Assembly (NCBI GenBank): GCA_002269645.1
Contig: NIVC01000854.1
Span: forward strand, 186,001-250,000
Direction: 5' to 3'
DNA length: 64,000 nucleotides
Source of the DNA: Macrostomum lignano
Taxonomy: Eukaryota
Shown: piece by piece, positions 53,291 to 64,000 of the stretch
How positions within the stretch are numbered: the stretch's first letter is position 1
How the letters are laid out: each line of letters starts with the position of its first letter
Position numbers and translations under genes: made by a program
Notes under the pieces: generated by a model
The model's input: only the letters and a program-made list of their open reading frames with translations
Told to the model about the DNA's origin: nothing
Databases searched by the model: none

Positions 53291-56020
53291 ATGTACTATC
53301 ACGCATCCCAAGCCCCCGAGCAGGGCGGCTCTGAACAGCAGCTGCCTCCAGGTTGGGAGCGGCGCGTTGACCCGTCAACAAGGTGTCCGTATTTTGTTGA
53401 TCACAATACCTGTACAACAACCTGGCGAGATCCGCGTCTTGGACCGCCGCCTCCGCAGCAGCCGCAGCCTCAACCAGCGTTTAGTCGCGGGGGTCCCACC
53501 AGGGAGATCCCAATCCAGATTGAGCAGGCGCCGGGACAACCCCCAGCGCAACAAGCTGCTCAGGTAAGCATTAACATTTCTAATATAATTAGTGATTGTT
53601 GAACTTTTGATATTGTTGCTAACCCAATTGTCTACCACATTGCCCTAAGAAACCGCTCCTAATCTACCACAAGAATCCGCCCCTAACCTAAGAATCCGCC
53701 CCTATCCTACCACAAGAATCCGCCCCTAACCTACCACAAGAATCCGCTCCTAATCTACCACAAGAATCCGCCCCTAACCTACCACAAGAATCCGCTCCTA
53801 ATCTACCACAAGAATCCGCTCCTAATCTACCACAAGAATCCGCCCCTAGCCTACCACAAGAATCCGCCCCTAACCTACCACAAGAATCCGCCCCTAACCT
53901 ACCACAAGAATACGCCCCTAACCTACCACAAGAATCCGCCCCTAACCTACCACAAGAATCCGCCCCTAACCTACCACAAGAATCCGCTCCTAATCTACCA
54001 CAAGAATCCGCCCCTAATCTACCACAAGAATCCGCCCCTAACCTAAGAATCCGCCCCTAACCTAAGAATCCGCCCCTATCCTACCACAAGAATCCGCTCC
54101 TAATCTACCACAAGAATCCGCCCCTAACCTAAGAATCCGCCCCTAACCTAAGAATCCGCCCCTAACCTAAGAATCCGCGCCTAACCTAAGAATCCGCGCC
54201 TAACCTAAGAATCCGCCCCTTGCCTACCACTAAAATCCGCCCCTAACCTACCACAAAAATCCGCCCCTTGCCTACCACAAGAACGGAATACAAATTTGTT
54301 TTCAACATTTCCAATTTCAGCCCAGCCGACCAGCTGTTGTGGTTGCCGCTCCGCCGCAGATGTACAGCAGCGTAGATGGCGGCGGCGGCAGCAGCGCTGG
54401 AGGAGACGGTGGTCAAGGAGGCCCTGGTGCTGGCCGGGAGTCGCGAAGTACAGGATTAAAGGTTCGTCTTGACATTCTATGCAATTTATGATGGCTGGTG
54501 GAATGTGGATCTCACAGCGATCACAGCCAACAGTGCTCAGTTAGCGACCCTTCCTACCAAGCATATTTATAGTTGTGTCAAAACGCACTAAAAACACTCG
54601 GCAGGTGGACGGCCCTCACGCAGCCGCTCGCAGCCGCTCGCCCTCTCCGATAGTGCAGAGCGCGCTCGAACGAATCCAAGCTGTTGAAGCGGAGAGCCGC
54701 CGACTTGAGGCGGACATCAAGGCCTACGCTGGCGGGCCCGATGAGAAACAGTACCGACTGTTGGAGGAGACTCTAACCAGGTGAAGCAGTGAAATTAGTC
54801 TAATATATACTGACTTAGTTACCTAGCAGCTGGGGCGCCGCAAGCAGGCACTCATTTTGGCGCCGCAGGCACTCATTTTGGCACCGGAGGCACTCATTTT
54901 AGCGCCGCAGGCACTCATTTTAGCGTCACAGGCACTCATTTTAGCGTCACAGGCACTCATTTTGGCGTCACAGGCACTCATTTTAGCGTCACAGGCACTC
55001 ATTTTAGCGTCACAGGCACTCATTTTAGCGTCACAGGCACTCATTTTAGCGCCACAGGCACTCATTTTAGCGCCACAGGCACTCATTTTAGCGCCGCAGG
55101 CACTCATTTTAGCGCTGCAGGCACTCATTTTAGCGCTGCAGGCACTCATTTTAGCGTCACAGGCACTCATTCTAGCGTCACAGGCACTCATTTTAGCGCT
55201 GCAGGCACTCATTTTAGCGCCACAGGCACTCATTTTAGCGTCACAGGCACTCATTTTAGCGCCGCAGGCACTCATTTTAGCGCTGCAGGCACTCATTTTA
55301 GCGCCACAGGCACTCATTTTAGCGCTGCAGTCACTCATTTTAGCGCTGCAGGCACTCATTTTAGCGCCTCAGGCACTCATTTTAGCGCCTCAGGCACTCA
55401 TTTTAGCGTCACAGGCACTCATTTTAGCGCCGCAGGCACTCATTTTAGCGCCTCAGGCACTCATTTTAGCGCCTCAGGCACTCATTTTAGCGTCACAGGC
55501 ACTCATTTTAGCGCCGCAGGCACTCATTTTAGCGCCTCAGGCACTCATTTTAGCGCTGCAGGCACTAATTTAAGCGCCGCAGGCACTCATTTAAGCGCCG
55601 CAGGCACTCATTTTAGCGCCGCAGGCACTCATTTAAGCGCCGCAGGCACTCATTTTGGCGTCGCAGGCACTCATCGAATTCCTTAGAAATGATCTGAAGG
55701 CAGATAAGGAAGGTATACTTGTATCAACAGTGCATTTAGTATGCTCTCGAGAAATTGGATTTTTTATCAACCGAAAACCCATTCAGCACGATGCGTTCTC
55801 CGGAGCACCCATAATACTTAATATTGCGCAAATATTTCGCAGACTCATGATGAAGCTTGACGCTATCGAATCCGCCGGCGAGTCGGACGTGCGCGATGCC
55901 AGGAAAGCCTGCGTTCAGTACATCCAGTCTCTGCTAGACTATCTGGAGATGAAAGCGGCCGCCAATGCAGCTGGTTCTTCCGATTCTGCTTCTGCTGAGC
56001 AGCAACAGCAGGCTAACTGA
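53291..56020 (+). CDS. BAG3: WW- and BAG-domain Hsp70 co-chaperone (BAG3/starvin-like)
   Basis: Exons about 53291-53563, 54321-54461, 54605-54780, 55843-56020. WW: [35 protein letters not shown]-like IPIQI. BAG: [47 protein letters not shown]. True 5' end uncertain. Confidence 0.85.
53640..54285. repeat. 24-bp minisatellite (CTACCACAAGAATCCGCCCCTAAC)
   Basis: In BAG intron 1. Confidence 0.93.
54835..55675. repeat. 21-bp minisatellite (GCAGGCACTCATTTTAGCGCC)
   Basis: In BAG intron 3; explains ORFs 54823-55573. Confidence 0.95.
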
Positions 56021-56154
56021 TTTTCTATTACCTTTATTAACCTTTGATACAGATTATTCCTACCTAAGAATTAGCGTATTTTGTTCCTTAGCCGTGCTAA
56101 TTAAAGGAAGGCAAAAAATGTTTTTTTAAAGGAAGGCATCCATTTAAAGACGTG

Positions 56155-56925
56155 GAGTTTTGGCGCCAAATGTTTAGAAATCGTGTTTTGGCGCCATGAA
56201 TATCGTAGACATGGGGTTTTGGTGCCATGAATATCGTAGACATGGGGTTTTGGCGCCATGAATATCGTAGACATGGGGTTTTGGTGCCATGAATATCGTA
56301 GACATGGGGTTTTGGTGCCATGAATATCGTAGACATGGGGTTTTGGCGCCATGAATATTGTAGACATGGGGTTTTGGCGCCATGAATATTGTAGACATGG
56401 GGTTTTGGTGCCATGAATATTGTAGACATGGGGTTTTGGCGCCATGAATATTTTAGACATGGGGTTTTGGCGCCATGAATATTGTAGACATGGGGTTTTG
56501 GCGCCATGAATATTGTAGACATGGGGTTTTGGCGCCATGAATATTGTAGACATGGGGTTTTGGCGCCATGAATATCGTAGACATGGGGTTTTGGCGCCAT
56601 GAATATCGTAGACATGGGGTTTTGGCGCCATGAATATCGTAGACATGGGGTTTTGGCGCCATGAATATTGTAGACATGGGGTTTTGGCGCCATGAATATT
56701 GTAGACATGGGGTTTTGGCGCCATGAATATTGTAGACATGGGGTTTTTGCGCCATGAATATTGTAGACATGGGGTTTTGGCGCCATGAATATCGTAGACA
56801 TGGGGTTTTGGCGCCATGAATATCGTAGACATGGGGTTTTGGTGCCATGAATATTGTAGACATGGGGTTTTGGCGCCATGAATATTGTAGACATGGGGTT
56901 TTGGCGCCATGAATATCGTAGACAT
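56155..56925. repeat. 31-bp minisatellite (GTTTTGGCGCCATGAATATTGTAGACATGGG)
   Basis: Direct reading. Confidence 0.95.
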
Positions 56926-57434
56926 GTCCGCACTTTTATCTATGCAGGAATAAATCAGAATTATAATAGTTAATTACATGCAAAGCTCCTTGTGTGTTAT
57001 TTCAACATGTCCTATTTGAATATTGAAACACTGCTTTTACACAGGTTAATAGCAAAACAAAAATGCTTTTAGCTGATCAACTAAAAAACAAATCTGCTTT
57101 ACGAATAGTTATTTAATACTAATTTTTAGCTTAATAGAATGCATGCGCTGTCATTTCTCTTTTGCAGTGTCTGTCGGTTTGCACTTACATATCTGGCTAC
57201 TCAGTTAATAAATCTAATGTGCTACTGTCAGTAGTACTCGTAGTTTTAGCGATCTAACTATCATTTCAGTTTTATTCATACCTTAACTGTCAATCATCTT
57301 CGCCTTGCCTGCTCCACCAACTAAATACTGTTTTAAATCTGGTTCCGTTGAAATATAAAATATAAATGAACGATTTTTAACATTCTGAGTGAGTGCATGT
57401 GCTCAAGTCTGGCGTCTCGTTTGAACTTCTGATC

Positions 57435-58685
57435 GCCCCTCAGCCATCTCTAAAGAATCGCTCCTCAGCCATCTCTAAAGAATCGCTCCTCAGCCATCTC
57501 TAAAGAATCGCCTCTCAGCCATCTCTAAAGAATCGCCTCTCAGCCATCTCTAAAGAATCGCCTCTCAGCCATCTCTAAAGAATCGCCCCTCAGCCATCTC
57601 TAAAGAATCGCCCCTCAGCTAACTCTAAAGAATCGCCTCTCAGCCATCTCTAAAGAATCGCTCCTCAGCCATCTCTAAAGAATCGCCCCTCAGCCATCTC
57701 TAAAGAATCGCCCCTCAGCCAACTCTAAAGAATCGCCCCTCAGCCATCTCTAAAGAATCGCCCCTCAGCCAACTCTAAAGAATCGCCCCTCAGCCATCTC
57801 TAAAGAATCGCCTCTCAGCCATCTCTAAAGAATCGCCTCTCAGCCATCTCTAAAGAATCGCCTCTCAGCCATCTCTAAAGAATCGCCTCTCAGCCATCTC
57901 TAAAGAATCGCCCCTCAGCCATCTCTAAAGAATCGCCTCTCAGCCATCTCTAAAGAATCGCTCCTCAGCCATCTCTAAAGAATCGCCCCTCAGCCATCTC
58001 TAAAGAATCGCCCCTCAGCCAACTCTAAAGAATCGCCCCTCAGCCATCTCTAAAGAATCGCCTCTCAGCCATCTCTAAAGAATCGCCCCTCAGCCATCTC
58101 TAAAGAATCGCCCCTCAGCCATCTCTAAAGAATCGCCCCTCAGCCAACTCTAAAGAATCGCCTCTCAGCCATCTCTAAAGAATCGCCCCTCAGCCATCTC
58201 TAAAGAATCGCCCCTTAGCCAACTCTAAAGAATCGCCCCTCAGCCATCTCTAAAGAATCGCCCCTCAGCCAACTTTAAAGAATCGCCCTCAGCCAACTCT
58301 AAAGAATCGCCCCTCAGCCATCTCTAAAGAATCGCCCCTCAGCCATCTCTAAAGAATCGCCCCTCAGCCATCTCTAAAGAATCGCCCCTCAGCCAACTCT
58401 AAAGAATCGCCCCTCAGCCATCTCTAAAGAATCGCCCCTCAGCCATCTCTAAAGAATCGCCCCTCAGCCAACTCTAAAGAATCGCCTCTCAGCCATCTCT
58501 AAAGAATCGCCCCTCAGCCAACTCTAAAGAATCGCCTCTCAGCCATCTCTAAAGAATCGCCCCTCAGCTAACTCTAAAGAATCGCCTCTCAGCCATCTCT
58601 AAAGAATCGCCCCTCAGCCATCTCTAAAGAATCGCCCCGTAGTAAAATCTAAAAAATTGCCCCTCAGCCAACTCAAAAGAATCGC
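57435..58685. repeat. 25-bp minisatellite (CAGCCATCTCTAAAGAATCGCCCCT)
   Basis: About 50 units ending about 65 nt before the RPS11 ATG. Confidence 0.96.
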
Positions 58686-58751
58686 AATTAAACAGCGTCA
58701 ATCTGCACTCATTTATGCGCCCCTAGCAACTAAGAAAATCCCTAGTCAGCC

Positions 58752-59198
58752 ATGGCCGAACTGAACGAGCGAGCCTTCCAGAAGCAGGAGGTGCGCGGCA
58801 AGAAGGGCCGCCGCAATCACTACGTGAAGAATGTCGGCCTCGGCTTCAAGACGCCGCGCGAAGCTATCGAAGGCAGCTACGTAGACAAGAAGTGCCCATT
58901 CACTGGCAACGTGCACATCCGCGGCCGCATCTTCACGGGCGTGGTTACTAAGATGAAGATGCAGCGCACCATCGTAATCCGCAGGGACTATCTGCACTTT
59001 GTGCAAAAGTACCAGCGCTACGAGAAGCGGCACAAGAACATGTCCGTGCACCTGTCGCCCTGCTTTCGCGACGTTGAGCTCGGCGACATTGTGACGGTTG
59101 GAGAGTGCCGGCCGCTGAGCAAGACCGTCTCATTCAATGTGATCAAAGTCAGCAAAGCTCGCGGCGGTAGTAAGAAGACTTCGTTTCAAAAGTTTTGA
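58752..59198 (+). CDS. RPS11: 40S ribosomal protein S11 (uS17), intronless CDS, 148 aa
   Basis: [50 protein letters not shown]; AATAAA at 59279. Confidence 0.97.
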   Translation: MAELNERAFQKQEVRGKKGRRNHYVKNVGLGFKTPREAIEGSYVDKKCPFTGNVHIRGRIFTGVVTKMKMQRTIVIRRDYLHFVQKYQRYEKRHKNMSVHLSPCFRDVELGDIVTVGECRPLSKTVSFNVIKVSKARGGSKKTSFQKF

Positions 59199-59384
59199 AA
59201 TCACTTTTGACTGATTTAGTGTGTGGCAAATGGAATTTGTTTGCAGAGTTGGAGCAGATTGTGTTGCCATGGCAACTAAATAAATGAGCGATAAAATATG
59301 CGATGTCAGTTTGGGCTCAACTAACTGGCTTGTATTGAGGCTTGGACAAATTGATTGTTTCTGTTTTGAATTGCTTTTAGTGTT

Positions 59385-60290
59385 AGGTACAGTGTCAGAC
59401 ATAGTGTCATATAGTGTTAGGTTGAGTGTCAGATTGTGTTAGATACAGTGTCAGACATAGTGTTATATAGTGTCAGATAGTGTCAGGTACAGTGTCAGGC
59501 ATAGTGTCAGGTACAGTGTCAGGCATAGTGTCAGATAGTGTCAGATAGTGTCAGGTACAGTGTCAGGCATAGTGTCAGGTACAGTGTCAGGCATAGTGTC
59601 AGATAGTGTCAGGTACAGTGTCAGGCATAGTATCAGATACTGTCAGGTACAGTGTCAGGCATAGTGTCAGATAGTGTCAGGTACAGTGTCAGGCATAGTG
59701 TCAGATAGTGTCAGGTACAGTGTCAGGCATAGTGTCAGATAGTGTCCGATAGTGTCAGGTACAGTGTCAGGCATAGTGTCAGGTACAGTGTCAGGCATAG
59801 TGTCAGATAGTGTCAGGCATAGTGTCAGGTACAGTGTCAGGCATAGTATCAGATACTGTCATGTACAGTGTCAGGCATAGTGTCAGATACTGTCAGGTAC
59901 AGTGTCAGGCATAGTGTCAGATAGTGTCAGGTACAGTGTCAGGCATAGTATCAGATACTGTCAGGTACAGTGTCAGGCATAGTGTCAGATAGTGTCAGGT
60001 ACAGTGTCAGGCATAGTGTCAGATAGTGTCAGGTACAGTGTCAGGCATAGTGTCAGATAGTGTCAGGTACAGTGTCAGGCATAGTGTGAGGTACAGTGTC
60101 AGGCATAGTGTCAGGTACAGTGTCAGGCATAGTGTCAGGTACAGTGTCAGGCATAGTGTCAGATACTGTCAGGTACAGTGTCAGGCATAGTGTCAGGTAC
60201 AGTGTCAGGCATAGTGTCAGATAGTGTTAGGCAGTGTCAGACAGTGTCAGGTAGTGTCAGATAGAGGCACTGTCAGTATCAGATAGAGGC
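59385..60290. repeat. 10-12-bp compound repeat (TAGTGTCAGG / TACAGTGTCAGGCA)
   Basis: Fills the RPS11-RNF41 spacer. Confidence 0.93.
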
Positions 60291-60402
60291 ACGGCAGACC
60301 AATGCAGGAAGCCTAAATGCTCGCACATCCAATCTTGCCAGCAAGTTAAAAAAAACATCCCATCTGATGATTGCAGACCTCAGCTCATCAAATCTCCCAG
60401 CC

Positions 60403-62090
60403 ATGGGATTCGAGCTGGCGAGATTCGAAGGCGAAGTGGACGAAGAGCTGATCTGCCCGATCTGCGGCGGGGTGCTGGACGTCCCGGTGCAGGCGCCGGA
60501 CTGCGAGCACACCTTCTGCAGCGGCTGCATCGACCAGTGGCTGCGGCTGAACCCCACCTGCCCCATTGACCGGCAGCCGTTGCTGTCGCTGCATTTGAAA
60601 CCGGCGCCAAGAATTCTGCGCAACCTGCTCAGCCGGCTTGACGTGGCCTGCGATTTCCAGCAGCTGGGCTGCGGCGCCCGGGTCAAGCTGGCCTCAGCTG
60701 CTCAACACGCAGCCCAGTGCGAGTACAATCCCAGCAGGCCCGTGCCCTGCGGCAGCGGCTGCGGCCTCATGGTACCCAGGGACCAGCTGGCTGAGCACTG
60801 CTGCGTGCGGGCACTGCGGCTCCTTGTTGACGACATTCAGGCGGTGAGCCTCCCAGATCCTCAGTTACTCGGCCAGCCTCCCAGATCCTGAGTTGCTGAG
60901 CCAGCCTCCCAGATCCTCAGTTGCTCGGCCAGCCTCCCAGATCCTGAGTTGCTGGGCCAGCCTCCCAGATCCTCAGTTGCTGGGCCAGCCTCCCAGATCC
61001 TCAGTTGCTTGGCCAGCCTCCCAGATCCTGAGTTGCTGGGCCAGCCTCCCAGATCCTCAGTTGCTGGGCCAGCCTCCCAGATCCTCAGTTGCTGAGCCAG
61101 CCTCCCAGATCCTCAGTTGCTCGGCCAGCCTCCCAGATCCTGAGTTGCTGGGCCAGCCTCCCAGATCCTCAGTTGCTGGGCCAGCCTCCCAGATCCTCAG
61201 TTGCTGAGCCAACCTCCCAGATCCTCAGTTTCTGGGCCAGCTACTCAGATGCCCAGGCCTTCCCGGCATTGCAGAAAAACAGCAAAATCGTCTCCCAGCT
61301 GCGCTGCGAGCAGGCGGAGCTCCGTCAAGCTGTGCACGACCTTCGCAGGCAGCTGCTGTCTGCCGGCATCTCCCCGCCGGCCCCGCTGCCCTCTCGCTCC
61401 GCCCTGCCATCAGCGGCCGGGGACGACTCAATGGCTGGCGATGAGAGCCTTCAGTTGGCCTGGGCGCGTAGCCTTCGGCTGGCTCGTGTAGCCCGCTGGG
61501 GTGGCGTCATCTCCACACCAGACCTGGTGCTGCAGGCCGTAGTGCGCCGGTCGCTGGCCGAGACTGGCTGTCCGAGCAGGTTAGGCCATAGACTGCTCTG
61601 CTGTGACTGGGGAGGCCATAGACTGTGCTCTGTTGTGACTGGGGAGGCCATAGACTGTGCTCTGTTGTGACTGGGGAGGCCATAGACTGTGTGTTCTGCT
61701 GTGTGACTGGGGAGGCCATAGACTGTGTGCTCTGCTCTGTGACTGGGGAAGCCATAGACTGTGCTCTGCTGTGTGACTGGACAAGCGCGCGAACACATAC
61801 TACTGTTACTCCTGACACCAATAATATAAGAACTATTACGGAAATCGCCCACAACCCGCCGCAGGCTACTAACCGAGCTAATGGACCGAGCGCACGAGCG
61901 CGGCTGGCCAGACGGCGTTGCCTCCCTGGAGCAGCGGCAGACCAACCGGCGCCAATACGACAGCTACGTGATTCGCCGGGTGCCCGGCAAGCAGGCGGTG
62001 CTGCTGTTGGCCTGCGAGAATCGCCACATGCCACCGGGCCTGATGCTGGAGCCTGGCATTGTGATGATATTCGCGCACGGAGTCGAATGA
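60403..62090 (+). CDS. RNF41: E3 ubiquitin ligase NRDP1/RNF41
   Basis: Exons 60403-60843, about 61257 or 61275 to 61579, and 61865-62090. MGFELARFEGEVDEELICPICGGVL (RING); ARVARWGGVISTPD; AHERGWPDG...VPGKQAVLLLACEN...EPGIVMIFAHGVE. Confidence 0.95.
60848..61245. repeat. 28-bp minisatellite (CCAGCCTCCCAGATCCTCAGTTGCTGGG) filling RNF41 intron 1
   Basis: Runs from the donor to near the acceptor. Confidence 0.93.
61583..61782. repeat. About 32-bp minisatellite (GGGGAGGCCATAGACTGTGCTCTGTTGTGACT) in RNF41 intron 2
   Basis: Starts at the donor. Confidence 0.9.
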
Positions 62091-63074
62091 CTCATTTTAG
62101 ATATTTAAACTACTGATAGTAGCTAGCGAGCATTTTTGCCGCTAATAAATGGGGAATTTCTGAACCGACTCAAGCATTCGTCTATTTTAGTGGCTATGGC
62201 TACAGACTTGAACGCTAAAAGTTAAGCAGGATTGGTCAGGGTTAGTACACGCAGCCTTTATTTGCTTTTAGCCTCAAATCTTCTTGAAGCTTCTTAATTA
62301 GTTAGGAATATTGTTGTGTTGCATTTGTTGCTCTCTCCAGTAAATATCATTCTCATTTTTCATCAGTTCCTGTCTAAGAGATGCGCTTTGCTCAGTTTAA
62401 TGATCCAGTTCGCGATGCGAATATACTAATAATAATTAATTTACCTAATTATGTAATCGCAGATTTTGTGTGATATTAAGTATACCGGATTACAGTTCGC
62501 ATTGAAGAGTTTTCTTACTGAGGCGTGACGTAAATGCAAGCTGAATTGAAATATTGCATTATAAAAATTATATTGTTCTTGCTGGTCATGGCTGGGGCGA
62601 AGTCAGCATGGTTTCTATACGAAAAAAGACATCCATTGTATGAACAAAGCTCAAGGATATTAGCTTTCAAGAGAACATTTGATCTGAAAAAGTTTTCAAG
62701 AGTCTGATATATTAACAAATTTTAATACAGAAAACAAACACAACAGATACTACTCGTAAATTCCTAGACAGTAGAAGAGTAGGATAACAAGAAATGTGCA
62801 TTAGATAGGGACGGACAGAATCACACTATTATTCGTAATTTTCAGCAAAAGAAAAAACATTTTTACGACTTGTAGAGGTCGCAACACTACAAGCGTATAG
62901 TGGCAAAAGCAAGCACCGACAAAATTCAATATTGTGGCACGGAGTGCATAAATTATTAATAAAACTGCGACACTGGAATGTTACCTAGCAAATTATCAAC
63001 AGTCTAAAAAGAGACTTACAGTAAAACATGGACGAAAACAAATCTAGGTAAAATTTAGAGAAACTTTAACTATT

Positions 63075-63378
63075 CGCTGATTGGTCAGCAGGGAGAATCC
63101 AGCTAGTCGCTGATTGGTCAGCAGGGAGAATCCAGCTAGTTGCTGATTGGTCAGCAGGGAGAATCCAGCTATTCGCTGATTGGTTAGCAGGGGAGAATCC
63201 AGCTAGTCGCTGATTGGTCAGCAGGGAGAATCCAGCTAGTCGCTGATTGGTCAGCAGGGAGAATCCAGCTAGTCGCTGATTGGTCAGCAGGGAGAATCCA
63301 GCTAGTCGCTGATTGGTCAGCAGGGAGAATCCAGCTAGTCGCTAATTAGTCAGCTGGGAGAATCCAGCTAGTCGCTGA
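63075..63378. repeat. 33-bp minisatellite (CGCTGATTGGTCAGCAGGGAGAATCCAGCTAGT)
   Basis: About 9 units, nearly all carrying an inverted CCAAT (ATTGG). Confidence 0.92.
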
Positions 63379-63446
63379 GTGATCTCGACAAGAAAAATGT
63401 TAATAAAGCCAACTAAAAGCAGCAATCAATGGTAACAAAAAGAAAA

Positions 63447-63881
63447 CTATTGCACAGAACAGCCCGTGTTAGAATTGGCCCCAGACCCTCCGCGCCGTTC
63501 AGCCCGCGCCACCAGAAAGGCGCTCATCCACATGTCTAAATCTTCGTCGGATTCGGCGCTAAGCGCCACAGTCTGTCGGCCATCACCGGTAAGAATTTCG
63601 AAGGCGCGCTCTCGGCCAGCCAGCGGCCGGATGGTGCAGGCGCTAAGCTGCAGGCATTTGGCCCGCTTCACTGCCCAGTCGGAGGCTGTTGACTCGCCGT
63701 TTGGCGGCTCGGAGGCGTAGGCCAAGCGGCCGCCATCAAGCAGACGGCAGTAGACTCGCTCCCAGCGATGAAGGATTCTGGATCGCTTCTGCAGGTAGCC
63801 TTCGGCTGCTGCCGCTGCTGCTGGCGGGGCGGCCGGGGCTTCCGAAGCGTTGCCGCCGCCTGCAGGTACTTCTTCCGACAT
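63447..63881 (-). CDS. PH-domain protein (144-aa ORF, possibly the first exon of a longer gene)
   Basis: EGYLQKRSRILHRWERVYCRL...RAFEIL...LSAESDEDLDMWMSAF is a canonical PH fold pattern; TTCCAG acceptor 6 nt before the ATG. Confidence 0.8.
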   Translation of the reverse strand: MSEEVPAGGGNASEAPAAPPAAAAAAEGYLQKRSRILHRWERVYCRLLDGGRLAYASEPPNGESTASDWAVKRAKCLQLSACTIRPLAGRERAFEILTGDGRQTVALSAESDEDLDMWMSAFLVARAERRGGSGANSNTGCSVQ

Positions 63882-64000
63882 TTGCCGCTGGAAGTAGTAT
63901 GGCTTGATTCAATTTGGCAGCTTTTGAGTTTGAGATGATCTCAGGAATGCGATGATCATGTTTTGAGCTGAGTTTGAGATGATCTCAGGAATGCGATAAT

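Noticed and set aside
54823-56933. MSACDAK, LILAPQA and MAPKPHV repeat ORFs
   Set aside because: Satellites in BAG intron 3 and downstream; no unique coding context.
57435-58685. CRISPR-like regularity
   Set aside because: Head-to-tail units with no unique spacers, in a eukaryotic context; the same applies to all other arrays.

Overview
Animal genomic DNA with GC-rich exons and AT-rich introns, most of which are filled by a mini- or microsatellite. These traits, the RTE LINE relic and AG acceptors just before several start codons fit a free-living flatworm such as Macrostomum (inference only). Genes I could reconstruct by hand, left to right: an orphan single-pass membrane protein (+); a 10-exon RYK/Derailed Wnt receptor pseudokinase (+); two divergently oriented LC8-type dynein light chain paralogs, the + copy frameshifted by an 8-bp duplication; an intronless 945-aa protein combining a TM helix, about 7 ankyrin repeats and a cGAS-like (Mab-21/cGLR) nucleotidyltransferase with intact catalytic motifs (+); PDHB (-); a WW+BAG co-chaperone, RPS11 and RNF41 in a co-directional cluster (+); and a PH-domain protein (-). 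Mobile DNA: an RTE LINE fragment, two tandem hAT transposase relics, two tRNA-derived SINE families, two copies of a hAT-type MITE, mariner and piggyBac relics, and several nested insertions with readable target-site duplications. The 41-53 kb interval is strongly CpG-depleted and shows C-to-T decay. The best lead is the membrane-anchored ankyrin-cGLR. All coordinates and counts were made by eye, and no database searches were run.
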